Source of the DNA: Daphnia carinata
Taxonomy: Eukaryota
Direction of reading: 5' to 3'
Length of the DNA stretch: 64,000 nt
Assembly: GCF_022539665.2 (NCBI RefSeq)
Contig: NC_081333.1
Location: 4,154,001 to 4,218,000, forward strand
This document shows, piece by piece, positions 52,201 to 64,000 of the stretch (the stretch's first letter is position 1; every line of letters starts with the position of its first letter). The notes under the pieces were generated by a model. The model saw nothing but the letters and a program-made list of their open reading frames with translations. It was not told the origin of the DNA and did not search any database. Position numbers and translations under genes: made by a program.

Positions 52201-54959
52201 CGTCTGTGGACGAAAGCGTCCTCAAGGTATGCATGGAACAAAACCAAGAAAAATTGTCCAGTAGTAAACTGTTGACTGAAGTTTCATTCGTCACGAAAAC
52301 TTGCTGCCCCTTTGTGTTGCATGAATTATTTGACATGGTTCAAGTTTCTTTGTTGATTTAGGTGTCGTCGTCGTGCACGTCCGTCTATTTGGACGGGTCG
52401 GAAGTTCGTGGTTCGACCAATGCCACTCTAGTGGCCCGTTATGGAAATGTTGAAAGCACGAGCTCGTTGACCGTGTGGGTACCAGAAATGCCATTAGACA
52501 TCCAACTGGACGATGTCAAACTGAATCAAATTAGCGGATGGAAAGTAATGGCCAGCAATAGCGGAGCTACCGGTGGCAATCAATGCCGATTACGATATCA
52601 ACAATCTTCATTCGAGGTCCACTTTTTCTTTACCTTCTCTTTATTTCCGTCTTAAATTGGCTCATAAATTATTCATCGTTTAGCGGAAGTTGATTGAACT
52701 TTTGTTTACTCTCATCAGGTGTTTGCCCGTTTCTACGCCGAGGATCACGATTCCGGCCGCGTTTCTTACCTGATATCGCGCAAGACGTACCTACTCATCA
52801 CGGATCTGGTCCGCAAAGTGATGCGGGTGGCCGATCCGCGCGTGGCCGTTTTGAAGATGACGGCCGGCTATATCGAGGGTCTGAAGCCGGGCAAAACGGA
52901 GGTGCAAGTCTTGTCGCCCATGTCGGGCCACGTCATTGCTGCCCGCGAAGTTCGTGTTCTAGCGGACAAGGTGGACGTGTCTAGCCTGTCGGTCCGTCTC
53001 ATTGCCGGCCTGTCTCTGAGCCTGTCGCCCGATCCCGACCTTGACTCGTGTTTCGTCGCCCAAGTGGAGGCCAGCGACCGTCTCCACTCTCGCTACCAGG
53101 AAGCCATTTTGGATCTGACGGTGCACTTTAGCGACGGGACGGCCTCTCCGCTTCGCGTGACGGACCGCTCCCATTACAACTTGCTCGTCGAATCTCACAA
53201 CACGACCATCTTGGCCCTGACGTCACCTGCCCGCGCCAACATTCCCAGGGTGCTGGCGCTGGGCGAGGGACGCGCCAGTCTGTCGGTGACTTTCACGTCG
53301 GCTTGCACGACCACCACCAACGGCCAACAGGAGGGCGATGGTAGTCATCACCGTCAGGCACCCGCCCATCCATTAGCCACGACTGTGGCTGTCATTCAAC
53401 TAGCGCTCAACGGCCATCCAGCCACCAGCGTGCAAAATGACGCACGCACCGAGTCTAGCGGTCACATGTACACGTTGGCTCACGGCGGCCATGGCAACCA
53501 AATCAATGGCGACTCGAGGCGCAACGGTGGCGCAGCCAAAATGGCGCCACCTTCAGCCGGCAACGCTGGCCGATTAGGCCAGCCTAATCAAGGTCAGCTG
53601 ACTTTTTCCAAGCCGGGCTCGACGGAATTCGGAGTCAACGAGAATCAGCTCTCGTTGAAAGACGATAGCAACGCCGTGATGATGTCGAGCGCGGGACGTG
53701 ACATGCAGCACGCCCATCCAGCCTATCCGGCCTCATCACATTATCCGGGCGGCAGCGGTTTTTCATCATCGAGTTTCCAGCATATGGGTCCGTTGGAGAT
53801 CGGCATGTACGTCCTATTAGCCATCTTTTGTGCGGCCATTGTCGTCTTCGTCGGAACGTGTATCGTTTACGCGTCGAGGGCACGGAAGGGACTGATCCCG
53901 GCGGACGACAGCGACCGTCACATCGATCGGCAAGCCCAAACGATCGATCCGTGGCCGTCCCTCTGGAATCGTCTCAAGAAAATGAATCCGAAAGGAGCCA
54001 TCGGGGGAGGAGACGGCCATGGCCGCCAAAGAGCAATGGCTGCCGATGAGAATGAAGACGAAGAGGAAGGGGCAGACAAGGGGTGGATTTGGTTAGGCCG
54101 CTCGACGCTCGATCCTGAAGTCCCTCGGCGACCCGTGTCGTCTGCAGCCACGAGGCCCGTCTCTCTGTCAGCCAATCCGGATCCCAGTAATCGATTGAGC
54201 GGCATCTCGTACGCCGGCTCGGAGGTGAGCGTGCGAATCGTCGGCAGACCCACCGGCCCCGACGGAAGCCGTCTTTCTTACAAAGCCCAGCTTTGTTTTG
54301 AGCCGTTGAAAGACGCTGTGGATGATGACGATATCGATCACATTGGCGATGCCAATCATCCGAATAGCTGGCCGGGATCGGTCGATTCCAAGACTTTCAC
54401 TAAGAACAACGCGGGCGTGAGTCACCATCACCCCGGAGCGTTGCGGATCACCACCAATCAGCTGGCCGCAGCCGAGGAGCCACTGCTGTCTGACGTTGTC
54501 CGTCGACCGAGCAACAATCGACGAGCGGCCAGACGTTCCAGCGAGCAAGACACTCGACGCTACGCCCGTTCTTGGCTGATGGCCGGAGAGGCCATTCCTC
54601 GCGATTTCAATTCGAATCCGTCCATCATCACGGACTCTGATGCGGAAGAAGAGCTCGAGCATCAAGCACCCAATTCGAAGAATCTGAAGTTGGAACTGGA
54701 CGTCGATGATACCGACGAGTACAACGTAGCGACCTTCTTGCGTCACGGAAGCCCCGATATCAAACAGGCCAACATCATCGAAAATCCTCGTTTCTCGCCC
54801 ACCACGACGTCGACCACCATCGACCCTGAAAACAACACGGAACTGTGCGAGTGCGCTGGCCAATCAGAGTCTGCCCATCAGGCGGCCACGTCTCCATTGG
54901 ACGTCGACTACGACCGCATCATCTCCTATTTGGGAATACTCAAAGAGACGAGCACTTGA
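49283..54959 (+). CDS. TMEM132: TMEM132-family type I transmembrane protein (Drosophila detonator-like); 7 exons
   Basis: Signal MKVLWLVLFFALLFG (49283-49325); further exons 49445-50543, 51485-51634, 51755-51995, 52083-52226, 52362-52616, 52719-54959. Family motifs LVNTAILT, CSSVDESVLKVSSSCTSVYLDGSE, LTVWVPEMPLDIQLDDVKLNQISGWKV, CRLRYQQ, TM helix LEIGMYVLLAIFCAAIVVFVGTCIVYA, cytoplasmic WIWLG and terminal YDRIISYLGILKE. Confidence 0.9.
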
Positions 54960-57874
54960 ATTTTTTAAAATCAAATTTTGAAATTAAAAAGAAAAATCTC
55001 TGTCCCCCTAATTTCCTCCTCCGCGAGTTCAACAAACTAATAATGTTCGTTTGCACGTGTTATGTCTACGACACGCGCGTGAGTAGAAAAATCATGAGTA
55101 CGCTTAACGACTAAGCATCCGCTCGTTTTCTTCCCCGATTCCGTAAAAAGAGAAAAATCATTTAAAGAAAAACAAACAAATTTAAAAAAAGGCAAAAAAA
55201 GAATTAAAAAATTTCTAGTCACATGTAAAACTCTTTAAAAAAAAAAAACGCGCCATTTTTTTTTATCTACCCTCACGCCTGTTCACCTTACATGTAACCT
55301 CCGCAAGCAGCTAGCCTGAAGTTATTATTCTAACTTTTTTTTTTGTTTTCTTAATTCTTTATTATTTATCGTTTCTTGTTTTATTTCTTTTACGATGGAA
55401 ATTCCTACACACACAATGCACGCTGGTCCATCCCTTTTATACATAAATATTCCCCCCCCCCCTTTTTTTGGTTTCTTTATAACTAGAAAAGCAGGAGATT
55501 AACAAAAGACAAACTAACCTTTGTAATAATTACGTACGTGTGCGTGCTACAATAATTCTCCATGATGCTTTTTACCTTTCTCACTTCCCTCGAAATTGTT
55601 GTTGATTATTCTTTTTTTTTTTATTATTAACGAACTATTGAGACATTCGAATCGATATCAAAGAAGAATGTTGCAAAAGAAAAGGATAAAAAAACTACCG
55701 CTTACATTATTTTCCGTTTTTGGGCTCATCTCCTCCTTATTGAGCCATTTTAAATATCGCCGTGTGTGTATGTATAACAACGTGTTTAGCACCGTTCTCT
55801 CCCATAGCATCTCAAAAACAACTTAACTAATTTTGAAAGCATAACGCGTATTTGATTGTTTGTTTGTGTGTGTGTGTATTATTATTTTTTAAAAATCAGA
55901 ATTCCTCGATCAAAAAAATTGTGTTAGTACACACACGTCCTCGTAAAAACCCGCCCGATTCTCGTATCACGTTCATCCCAACAACAACAAAAAGAAATTA
56001 TGTATTCATTCGCTGTTGCTTTCGTATATATTTATCACTATTAAAAAAAAAACGAAACAAAAATAATAATTGCTGACGGACTGGGAAAGGAAAAAGAAAA
56101 TACGCAAAAAAAGAGATTAACTTGAAGACAAATTAACTTTGTTCATTTGGTTTTCTTGAATTTTGTTTTTTTAATTTTTGACCTGCCGTCAACCTGTGCA
56201 CATTATTGACTTTCCTCTTTTTTCCACTATCTCCCCCGCCATTCGGTCGAAACACTCAATACACGCATATTTGCCAATCGATCGGAGGTGCTGTGTACGT
56301 TGCCCTCATTGTTAGCAATGTAACTAGATTCTGTTTACCTACGGTTTGAAGTGTATGCAAGGAAAAACCGTGGTTGCATTTCGAGTGAAATTCTATTCCA
56401 ACCTCGAAATCGATGTCAAACGAGATTACTGGAGGGAAAAGATTCAACCATTGGCGACACTTTGTTACTAGCAAACAAAGAATTAGAAAAAAAAATAACA
56501 TTTGACCTATTCTGATATCTCTTTCTTTCTTATCAAGAAAACAAAAACAGAAAAGAGAACACGAAAGAAAAAGAGAAATCTCGTATTTGTCACGAGCAGC
56601 AGACGCATTTCTTCTCTCGTTACCACGTTACAACCGACAAATGAACAACCTTTCTCCACGCTAATTGAGAACGAGATTGAATTATGCACGGTCGTGAAAT
56701 GCATCGTGAACTCGTCGTGACTCTTTGTTTGGTTTGAACTCAAAGAACGTGTTTGAGTCGAATTGCTGTGTTTTTGTTATTAAAAAAAAAAGTGGGGCAC
56801 CAGGCCAAATGGCAGATGCCATCTACCGGCAATATTTGTTATCTACGTACCTGACTCACAGTCTCTTTGATGGCTTCGTCTTGTGTGTATGGCAATGATT
56901 AGATCGAGTCTTTGTATAGCCGTGTAGGAAAACTGTGTCGAATAATTGTATTAAAAAGTCTTAATGTATTCATTCTGATGAAAGCATTACGGTACAGCTT
57001 TTAACGCGTCAGACGAGCCGAAAGAGTTTGGTTGTCTTATTTCGTTGTTGATTGAATCGAGCAGTTTGAGAGGCTCTTTTATTCTGCGTGGTGTAACAAT
57101 AGTTCTACCGGAATGTAAACACTAATTCCACAGCATTGCAAAACTCATGATCTGCAAAGGGTCTGCTGAATATTGTAGGCCAAAGGTAAGCAATGTGCCA
57201 TTACACTGATTGCTACTAACGGGATAGCTTTTTTGTAGAGTGTTTTTGTTGATTTAGTGCCAGGACATCATGTAGCTCTAGCATTTGTCTATAATGCAAC
57301 TAACTTTGAAGATGAATGAGCAATTTTTGCTTTGTGGAGTGTGTCAGACTCACAGTTGGAGAGAGATGCACTCAACTGGTGCAGAAGAAAAAACCGAGGA
57401 GAAAGTAGCTTTTACTGGGACGTTATAACCCACTTTCCTAACCAGTCACAGCCCAGTGGTTCACTTTTCAGCATTTCAGAATATTTTTGCTTGCAGGAAA
57501 GAGAGAAAAGGCTTCAGTGAGAGACTAGGGGGGTTTTAGCTTGTTTGAACAGCTAGAATTCTTTCACTTCTTTCACTGCACAAGGAGAGACATTTATTCC
57601 ATTTTCTCTTGTTCTCTTTGCCAGAAAGACAACAATCTGGGTTCCAGTAGTTGGCCAGTTGCTCTTTTGCCATCCACCAGTCAGGATCTCTCTTCATTGC
57701 CTCATGCCAAAGGAGAATTTATACCTTGGATCATCATTTTGCTGATTATGTGCCAGTGAACTTTGCCACTTGTGGTTGTTACATTTAAGTTTCTGTGTAT
57801 GTAAGTGTGCTCATCGTTTCTTCATCCTACAACTACATCATCTCAAATCAGTCAAAACAATCCATACTACAAAG

Positions 57875-59986
57875 ATGAAGCCTGGTCTCCCTGCCTCAGT
57901 TTCTCCCGCCGAATACCAGTGGTAAAGTAACGCTACTTTTAAAAATCAAAACAAAAGTTCTGTTTTTATTGTTTATACATCGTAAACCCCCCTTTGTAAA
58001 ACGAACATGGTTCCTACCTCGGGGTTATATACGTCAGTGTACCAGTAGGTCAGCGGTAGTTATCATGCAAACAATGCAAGCCCTCAATAGTAGAGGAAAC
58101 AGGTTTTGCTTTCAAAGAGCTTGAGGCCAAATCTGCTGTTTGCTGGCCTGAATATTAATTCCATGACCGCCCGCAACACTATAGTAGTCTGGTTTTGTTT
58201 TGTTTTGTTTTGTTTTCGCCGTTCGCTTCCGGGTAAACACCAAATATCCCTTTTCTTCTGTTTTCTCCCATTTTTCCAGGGAGGAAATGAGAAAGTGCTC
58301 GTTAACGTTTCAATTGGATGACGCTTGCCATTTCTAAATTGCCTTTCATTTTGTAGGGCTTACTCGATTGTCGATTCGTCGCGAGTTTCTACTTTCCTCA
58401 TTTCCATCTTGCTCATCGTCTATGGAAGTTTCAGGTAAATCCAGTTTGATTAGTTATTGAATATTTACAAAAAACAACCACAGATAAGAACCTTTCACAA
58501 TAATCGTGTGGCTTGTTTCGTTTTACAGATCTTTGAATTTGGAACAAGAAGCTCAAGGCAAACAGTTGGAAAAAGACAAAGAACGGGCCAGTTTGACGGG
58601 CATCACGACGCCCTCAGTTCCGGCTGAACCCAGTACTTATAGCTGTAAATATTAAAGCTCACTTCTTTTTGATTCGCTGATGTTCTTGTCTTTTACAATC
58701 AGATGTTCAGACATTGGATACGATGCAAGCGTTGTGCTTACCGCTTGGCGCATCCGTTTCCCTCCTTGTCATGTTCTTCTTCTTTGATTCGATGCAGCTG
58801 CTTTTCGCCGTCTGTACGGCCAGTAAGTTTTGCCCTCTCGATCGATAGAACATGGACGGGCTTGTCGCCAATTTCGGTTGTTATTCTTCTTTTCTAATCG
58901 CATTTTTTATTGCGCAGTTATCGCAACAGTAGCTCTGGCTTTCCTCCTGCTACCGATGTGCCAGTATCTCAGCCGGCCGTGCACTTCTGGAACAAAGTAT
59001 GTCGTCTTTTGTGTCAACCGAGAAAATCGGGATTTAAAGATTAATTTCATTTCTTCTACAGTAAAATCTCGTTTGGCATCTGCGGCCGTTTTACCGGCGC
59101 TGAGCTACTTTCGTTCAGCATGGCCCTCACCATCGTTTGCGTCTGGATACTAACCGGTCATTGGCTTTTGATGGATGGTAAAAAATGATGGCGATTTCAC
59201 TTCTGTCATTTTCTGATGTTACATTCGCCTCTTTTAATTATATTCTATTTAGCTATGGGCATGGGTTTGTGCGTGGCTTTCATCGCTTTCGTCCGGCTGC
59301 CCAGTCTGAAGGTGTCGACACTGTTGCTGACGGGCTTGCTGGTCTACGATGTTTTCTGGGTCTTTTTCTCATCCTACATTTTCAACGCCAACGTGATGGT
59401 CAAAGTGGCGACACGTCCGGCTGAGAACCCAGTTGGCGCCATGGCCAAAAAATTCCATTTTGCTTCGGGGATGGCCCGCGACGCGCCCAAACTTTCGTTG
59501 CCGGGCAAGCTCGTCTTCCCTAGCATGCATAACGTCGGCCACTTTTCCATGCTGGGCTTGGGCGACATCGTGATGCCCGGCCTGCTGTTGTGCTTCGTCC
59601 TCCGCTACGACGCCTACAAGAAGTCGCAATTGCTCCATTCGGCCGAAACGGGAGTCCCTCCGCCCAACCATTTCAACCGAATCACGTACTTCCATTGCTC
59701 GCTGATTGGCTACTTTCTCGGCCTGCTGACAGCCACCGTCTCGTCCGAGTTCTTTAAAGCCGCCCAGCCCGCGTTGCTGTACCTGGTGCCATTTACGCTA
59801 CTGCCCCTTCTCGTTATGGCCTATCTCAAGGTACAAATAATGGCAAATCTAGTCTTTTGTTTTTAAATGCCACTCATGATGATTAAATAATAAATTTTTA
59901 TTGATTTTTTTATTCAGGGTGATTTGAGACGGATGTGGGATGAACCTTTCATCGCTCCCCCGCAACCTAAACAACTGCATGTATAA
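57875..59986 (+). CDS. SPPL3: Signal peptide peptidase-like 3 (GxGD intramembrane aspartyl protease); 8 coding exons
   Basis: Exons 57875-57921, 58357-58434, 58529-58632, 58703-58822, 58918-58996, 59062-59177, 59253-59830, 59918-59986. N-terminal [29 protein letters not shown], catalytic YDVFWVF and [19 protein letters not shown]-terminal [11 protein letters not shown]. Confidence 0.96.
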
Positions 59987-60912
59987 ATATTAAACCTCCT
60001 TAGTTTATCTATACGGAGGTATAGCATCTGCATTTTAAATACCTGTGTGTGACTGATATGTGTAGACGAGAAATCACTGGCGATTTCGCCTAGTGCCGGA
60101 CTTTTGTCGAAATTTGTGGCTCTGATCGACGAAGAACATTCGATTTCTTTTTAAGACGTTGGACATGAAGAAAAGAGAAGGTGAATCTTTTTTTTTTTTC
60201 GTTTTGGAAACGCAGCGGACTCCTAGTCAAAAGCCCAACAAAAATTGAAGTAGCTAAACTAAACGGTAAGGGTGGATGGATGCCACACTTGCCCGCATTT
60301 TAATACCACACCCTCTTTTTACTCTTTCTCAAATGAAGAACGAACAAAAAATTAATGAAGTCTTACAAATAAAACTGCGCAACTCAATGGTAAAACAGGA
60401 ATATCGCGAATGCAAATGTGCATAAATTAAAGAGTAGAAAAAAAGCGTCCTTTTCATTACTTTTCGATGACCTTTTCCTCCTTGGAACTTCAATTCGTTT
60501 TTAACTATCCTTGCAACCAGCAACAGATGTATGGACGTTATGTTATATATACTCGTGTGTGATGTTTTTATGTTCATTTTCAAGCACCCAACAGATGTTC
60601 TCTCTGGACCACAATCAATTCTCTTTTTAGCGAAGTAGAAACTCTGGAAAAGAATCTTTCTCATGTTGTGTCGAATCTCACAACATCATCCGTTTTCTCT
60701 TTTTTTTTTTATTTGGCTCGAAACATTTTGAAGATAATGTAGACATTTCCCTTCGAAACCCTCGTTTTTTTCCTATGGTTTTGTTGCCCTCCGGAATATG
60801 GAAAATATAAAATTAATTGTCTTAAAACTTCTTATTACAGATCCCCCCCCCCCCCCCCCCATTTTGACTATTAAACCAATATTCTGATTTCCCGATCCAG
60901 TTGTTTTTGCAG

Positions 60913-63483
60913 TTAAATGTTATCCAAGTCAGTGCCGTTTGCGCCCCTCGTCGAAGCTGCTGCTACCGAAATCGAATACCAAACCTTCTTGGAGCGAAGG
61001 TAACTAAAGTGATTGTCGAACTCGACTACATCTGTTAAGAGGAGAAATATAAATCATCAATTAAACGTAATTTTATGTTCGGCTGTGATTTACAGGTTCC
61101 AGCCTCGTCGCATTGAATTTCTCCCTCTTCAGCGGCCAAGTGACAATCGACGCGATCATGAGGTACAACGGGAACTAATTCGCTGTCTTGTTTGTGGTAC
61201 ACAGCAAACGCGATATCGCTGTCTTCCGAGTGAAAATCCCATCTAGTGAATGGATTTCAAATGAGATCAGGTTACATACTTCTTTTCTACCAATTTAATT
61301 GACTGTAAAAAAGTAATTTGTACTTGAGGAGGGCGCCCGCTTCTTTCACTTGAATTTCCAAGTGCTCTTTGGAGCCGCTAGAAATCGTCAAAGACTTTTT
61401 ATTAGTCGTATCTGGTTTGCCACTAAAATAGTACGACTTCGGGACCTCTCCTCCCATGTTGACCTATATTTGACGGCCATAATTTTAGAAGAAGAACTCA
61501 AGCGCAAACTAGCAATCAAATTACCATTGTAACGCAGTTTGGATTGCCATCGGGATCGGTTAAAGTTCCTCCATAGCAGGCGGGTGTTTCTTCGGCAATC
61601 ACATTTGCCAAAACGACCGGCTTCCACTGCTTGACGTCGTGGCTGAAAATCTGGATCTTATCTCGAGTTCGCTCGTGCAAGAAGGGCTTTAACATGTTGT
61701 AACAAACGTAAAAGATTTTTGGTGCTGCGAGGCAAGACGAAATCGTTTAAAAAACAGAAATAGTCGGTCATTCGTTTTGGGGTTAAATCAAGTAGAAGTA
61801 GTTCAGCTATATAACTAGCAGCACATACCGTTAACGATTAAAACACGACTAAGAAGCTCAGGGTAATTCGCTTCGTACACCTGAAGAATTTTGATGGCGG
61901 AATCCATAGCTATGGGGAATGAAAGAGGAAGATTTCAAAAGATGCCATGCTATTGATAGTAAAGTAGAACATGTATACCTTGTTTGGTAGTAATGTGCTG
62001 CATAGAGAAACCCTCCATGTCAAAGATGATGGTCGATTGCACTATAGCCGTAGGAGAACGTTTGAATTTCTTGGGATCGGCATGGACTCGGGCGATGCTG
62101 CTTTCAACCAGGTAAACGACGTACATGACGTAATCTTTCTTCTTGACTGAACGAAGGATGCCCTTGACGTCCGACATTCCGTACCGCACAATCCACACTG
62201 ACAAAAAGAAAACAGAATTCATTTTAAATTTACGGAGGTATTGGTTTATGCTGAAAATTTTCCTTACGAGGACTTTGCGTCTTGTCGCGACCGACGAAAC
62301 TAGCCGAGAAGTACTTTTTCAATACTTCCGGCGGTTTGAAATCTTCCCGGATGCTGTCGATTTTGTACTGGCGGCGCCATTCCAATGACTAGTTTTCACA
62401 TAGTCAATAATGCAACAGCGACGAGTTAGTCTATTTTATTAATTTATTGATTCCAGGTATATGTTGAACTTACAGTGCGGAGCATTTTCTCTGCCTTTGG
62501 GATGTCGAACTCTCGCGCTAGATTGGAAAACAAGATCGATCATACGTTTGTAAAGGTAATAGTCCTAGCCAATGTAAACATGTAGCATACCAACGAGCCA
62601 TCGTATAAGGTAGGCATCGTCTGACTCAGGTAGTTTGCAGTCTTTGACAACCTCACGAAACTGTTAAATAAAACGATATGGCAAAATCGTGGACATATTA
62701 TGTAGAGAAAATAGTAAGTAAAAGTTAGATATGGCTGTTTATAGCCGTATCACTATAGTAAACAAAGTTGACTCCATGACGTTGATCCACTATCTTTTTT
62801 ATCATTTGTATTGTTATGTACACCAATGGGTTTGCCCGTTTAAACTTTATTTTTGTTGTTTCAATGATAACCACACGTCAATGTTTTTGACAGTTTTCTA
62901 ATCAAGGCTCTGGTTGTCTGAATCGAACCAACATAAACCGAAATACAGGCTATTACAACAAGCGGTGCTCGTTTGGCGTCAGTTTTTTATTTCCACGTAT
63001 ACTACCCATCATAAAATAGCTGCAGCCAAGATGTTCTTTAAAAAACTACGGATTTCTCTTGTCTCATAAAATGCAAATAGAGAAAGCGTGAAATGCAAGT
63101 TAAAGAAATTTAACACGCCCGGTCAGCGAGATGAGCTTCCCATGGACTTGGTGGTAAAGATTTTACGTGTTTGTAATTGCATTTTGCTAAAATGAAAAAA
63201 ATATTTGCCATTTTCTGAGAAATAAATTGTAAACAGCTTTTCGATGACTTTCACATTTGATTTACGGTGAAAAGAGACTGAAATGAAAAAGGACTTTTTC
63301 ATTTCAGTTGTATTTCAGCTACCACCGTCTTTTATCATAATTCTTAATTGAATTAAACTTCAGAGAACGAATTGCGTTCTATAGTTACGAAAACTCATTC
63401 CGTACAATTGTAACAATAAAAGAAAAAACATATACCTGTTTCAAAATAGTCTTTTGGTTATCGCTAAACTGATTGAGATCCAT
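60913..63483 (-). CDS. SEC14-like protein (CRAL-TRIO + GOLD), copy D
   Basis: MDLNQFSDNQKTILKQ|FREVVKDCKLPESDDAYLIRWLV|AREFDIPKAEKMLR..; YEANYPELLSRVLIVN|APKIF; PACYGGTLTDPDGNPNC; FDNHFSYLRSKKVWYSI..DLDNI*. It carries two introns not present in copies A-C. Confidence 0.92.
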
Positions 63484-64000
63484 CTCGTGACAAAGGCACA
63501 GCCGTGACTGATTTGAACGCAAGTGCGACCCTTTACTTGATGAATTTTTTCAATGCTTAGCTATTGATAGTGCCTTGTTTATCCCGCACATCAAGAAGAT
63601 TAGATTATACCCTTTTGTTTGTCGAACACAGGATAACAAATGCTCGAGTTGTGTATGGCTGGTTTATTCGACTTTTATCCGACCTGACGGAGCTGACAGG
63701 CCGTTCCATTTCCGCCTCTAACACAGTTATACCAATATAGATTTATGCTAGACGAGAAAACCGCCATAAAACCATCGATAAAGGGTTCCTCAGTCCAAAA
63801 ACGGAGTTTGTATTAACCTGGGACTGGGGCATAGAAGATTATTGACGTCTTGTGCGTTTAATAGCCTTGAGTTACTTTTTAAAATATCTCTCTCTGTTTT
63901 TCTTTCTCCATCGTTACATGCTATTGACAGCTAGAGAATCTCGTTACAGAAATGAAAACTAGATGGCGCTGTTATTCACTTATGGCTGACGGGTCATCTG

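Noticed and set aside
54168..54863. 231-aa minus-strand ORF
   Set aside because: Antisense shadow of the TMEM132 terminal exon.
1..64000. CRISPR arrays, rRNA/tRNA genes, prokaryotic operons, intact transposase or reverse transcriptase
   Set aside because: No regularly spaced repeats, cloverleaf/A-B box patterns or RT/DDE motifs seen; the sequence is intron-containing eukaryotic DNA.

Overview
Eukaryotic (arthropod) genomic DNA, probably a Daphnia-like branchiopod crustacean. That assignment is an inference from the 60-100 nt GT-AG introns, homopolymer/microsatellite-rich AT-rich intergenic DNA and the tandem gene families. Most short ORFs in the track are intron/exon chimeras or antisense shadows, so I spliced genes by hand. 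In order: a large low-complexity chascon-like gene (-); a FAXDC2-like 5' remnant plus two FAXDC2/sterol-desaturase-family genes (+); an astacin metalloprotease with two ShKT domains (-); three copies of a 94-aa secreted prepro-peptide (+) interleaved with three tandem SEC14/CRAL-TRIO+GOLD genes (-); a 174-aa rabphilin/Noc2-type protein with only the Rab-binding domain (+); TMEM132 (+); SPPL3 (+); and a fourth SEC14-like gene (-). The strongest candidate for an undescribed system is the triplicated peptide precursor: signal peptide, acidic propiece, RVRR furin site, cationic Gly/aromatic-rich 47-mer and a C-terminal Gly-Arg amidation signal, which is the architecture of an antimicrobial or other bioactive peptide. 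No rRNA, tRNA, CRISPR array or recognisable intact transposon was seen. No database searches were run.
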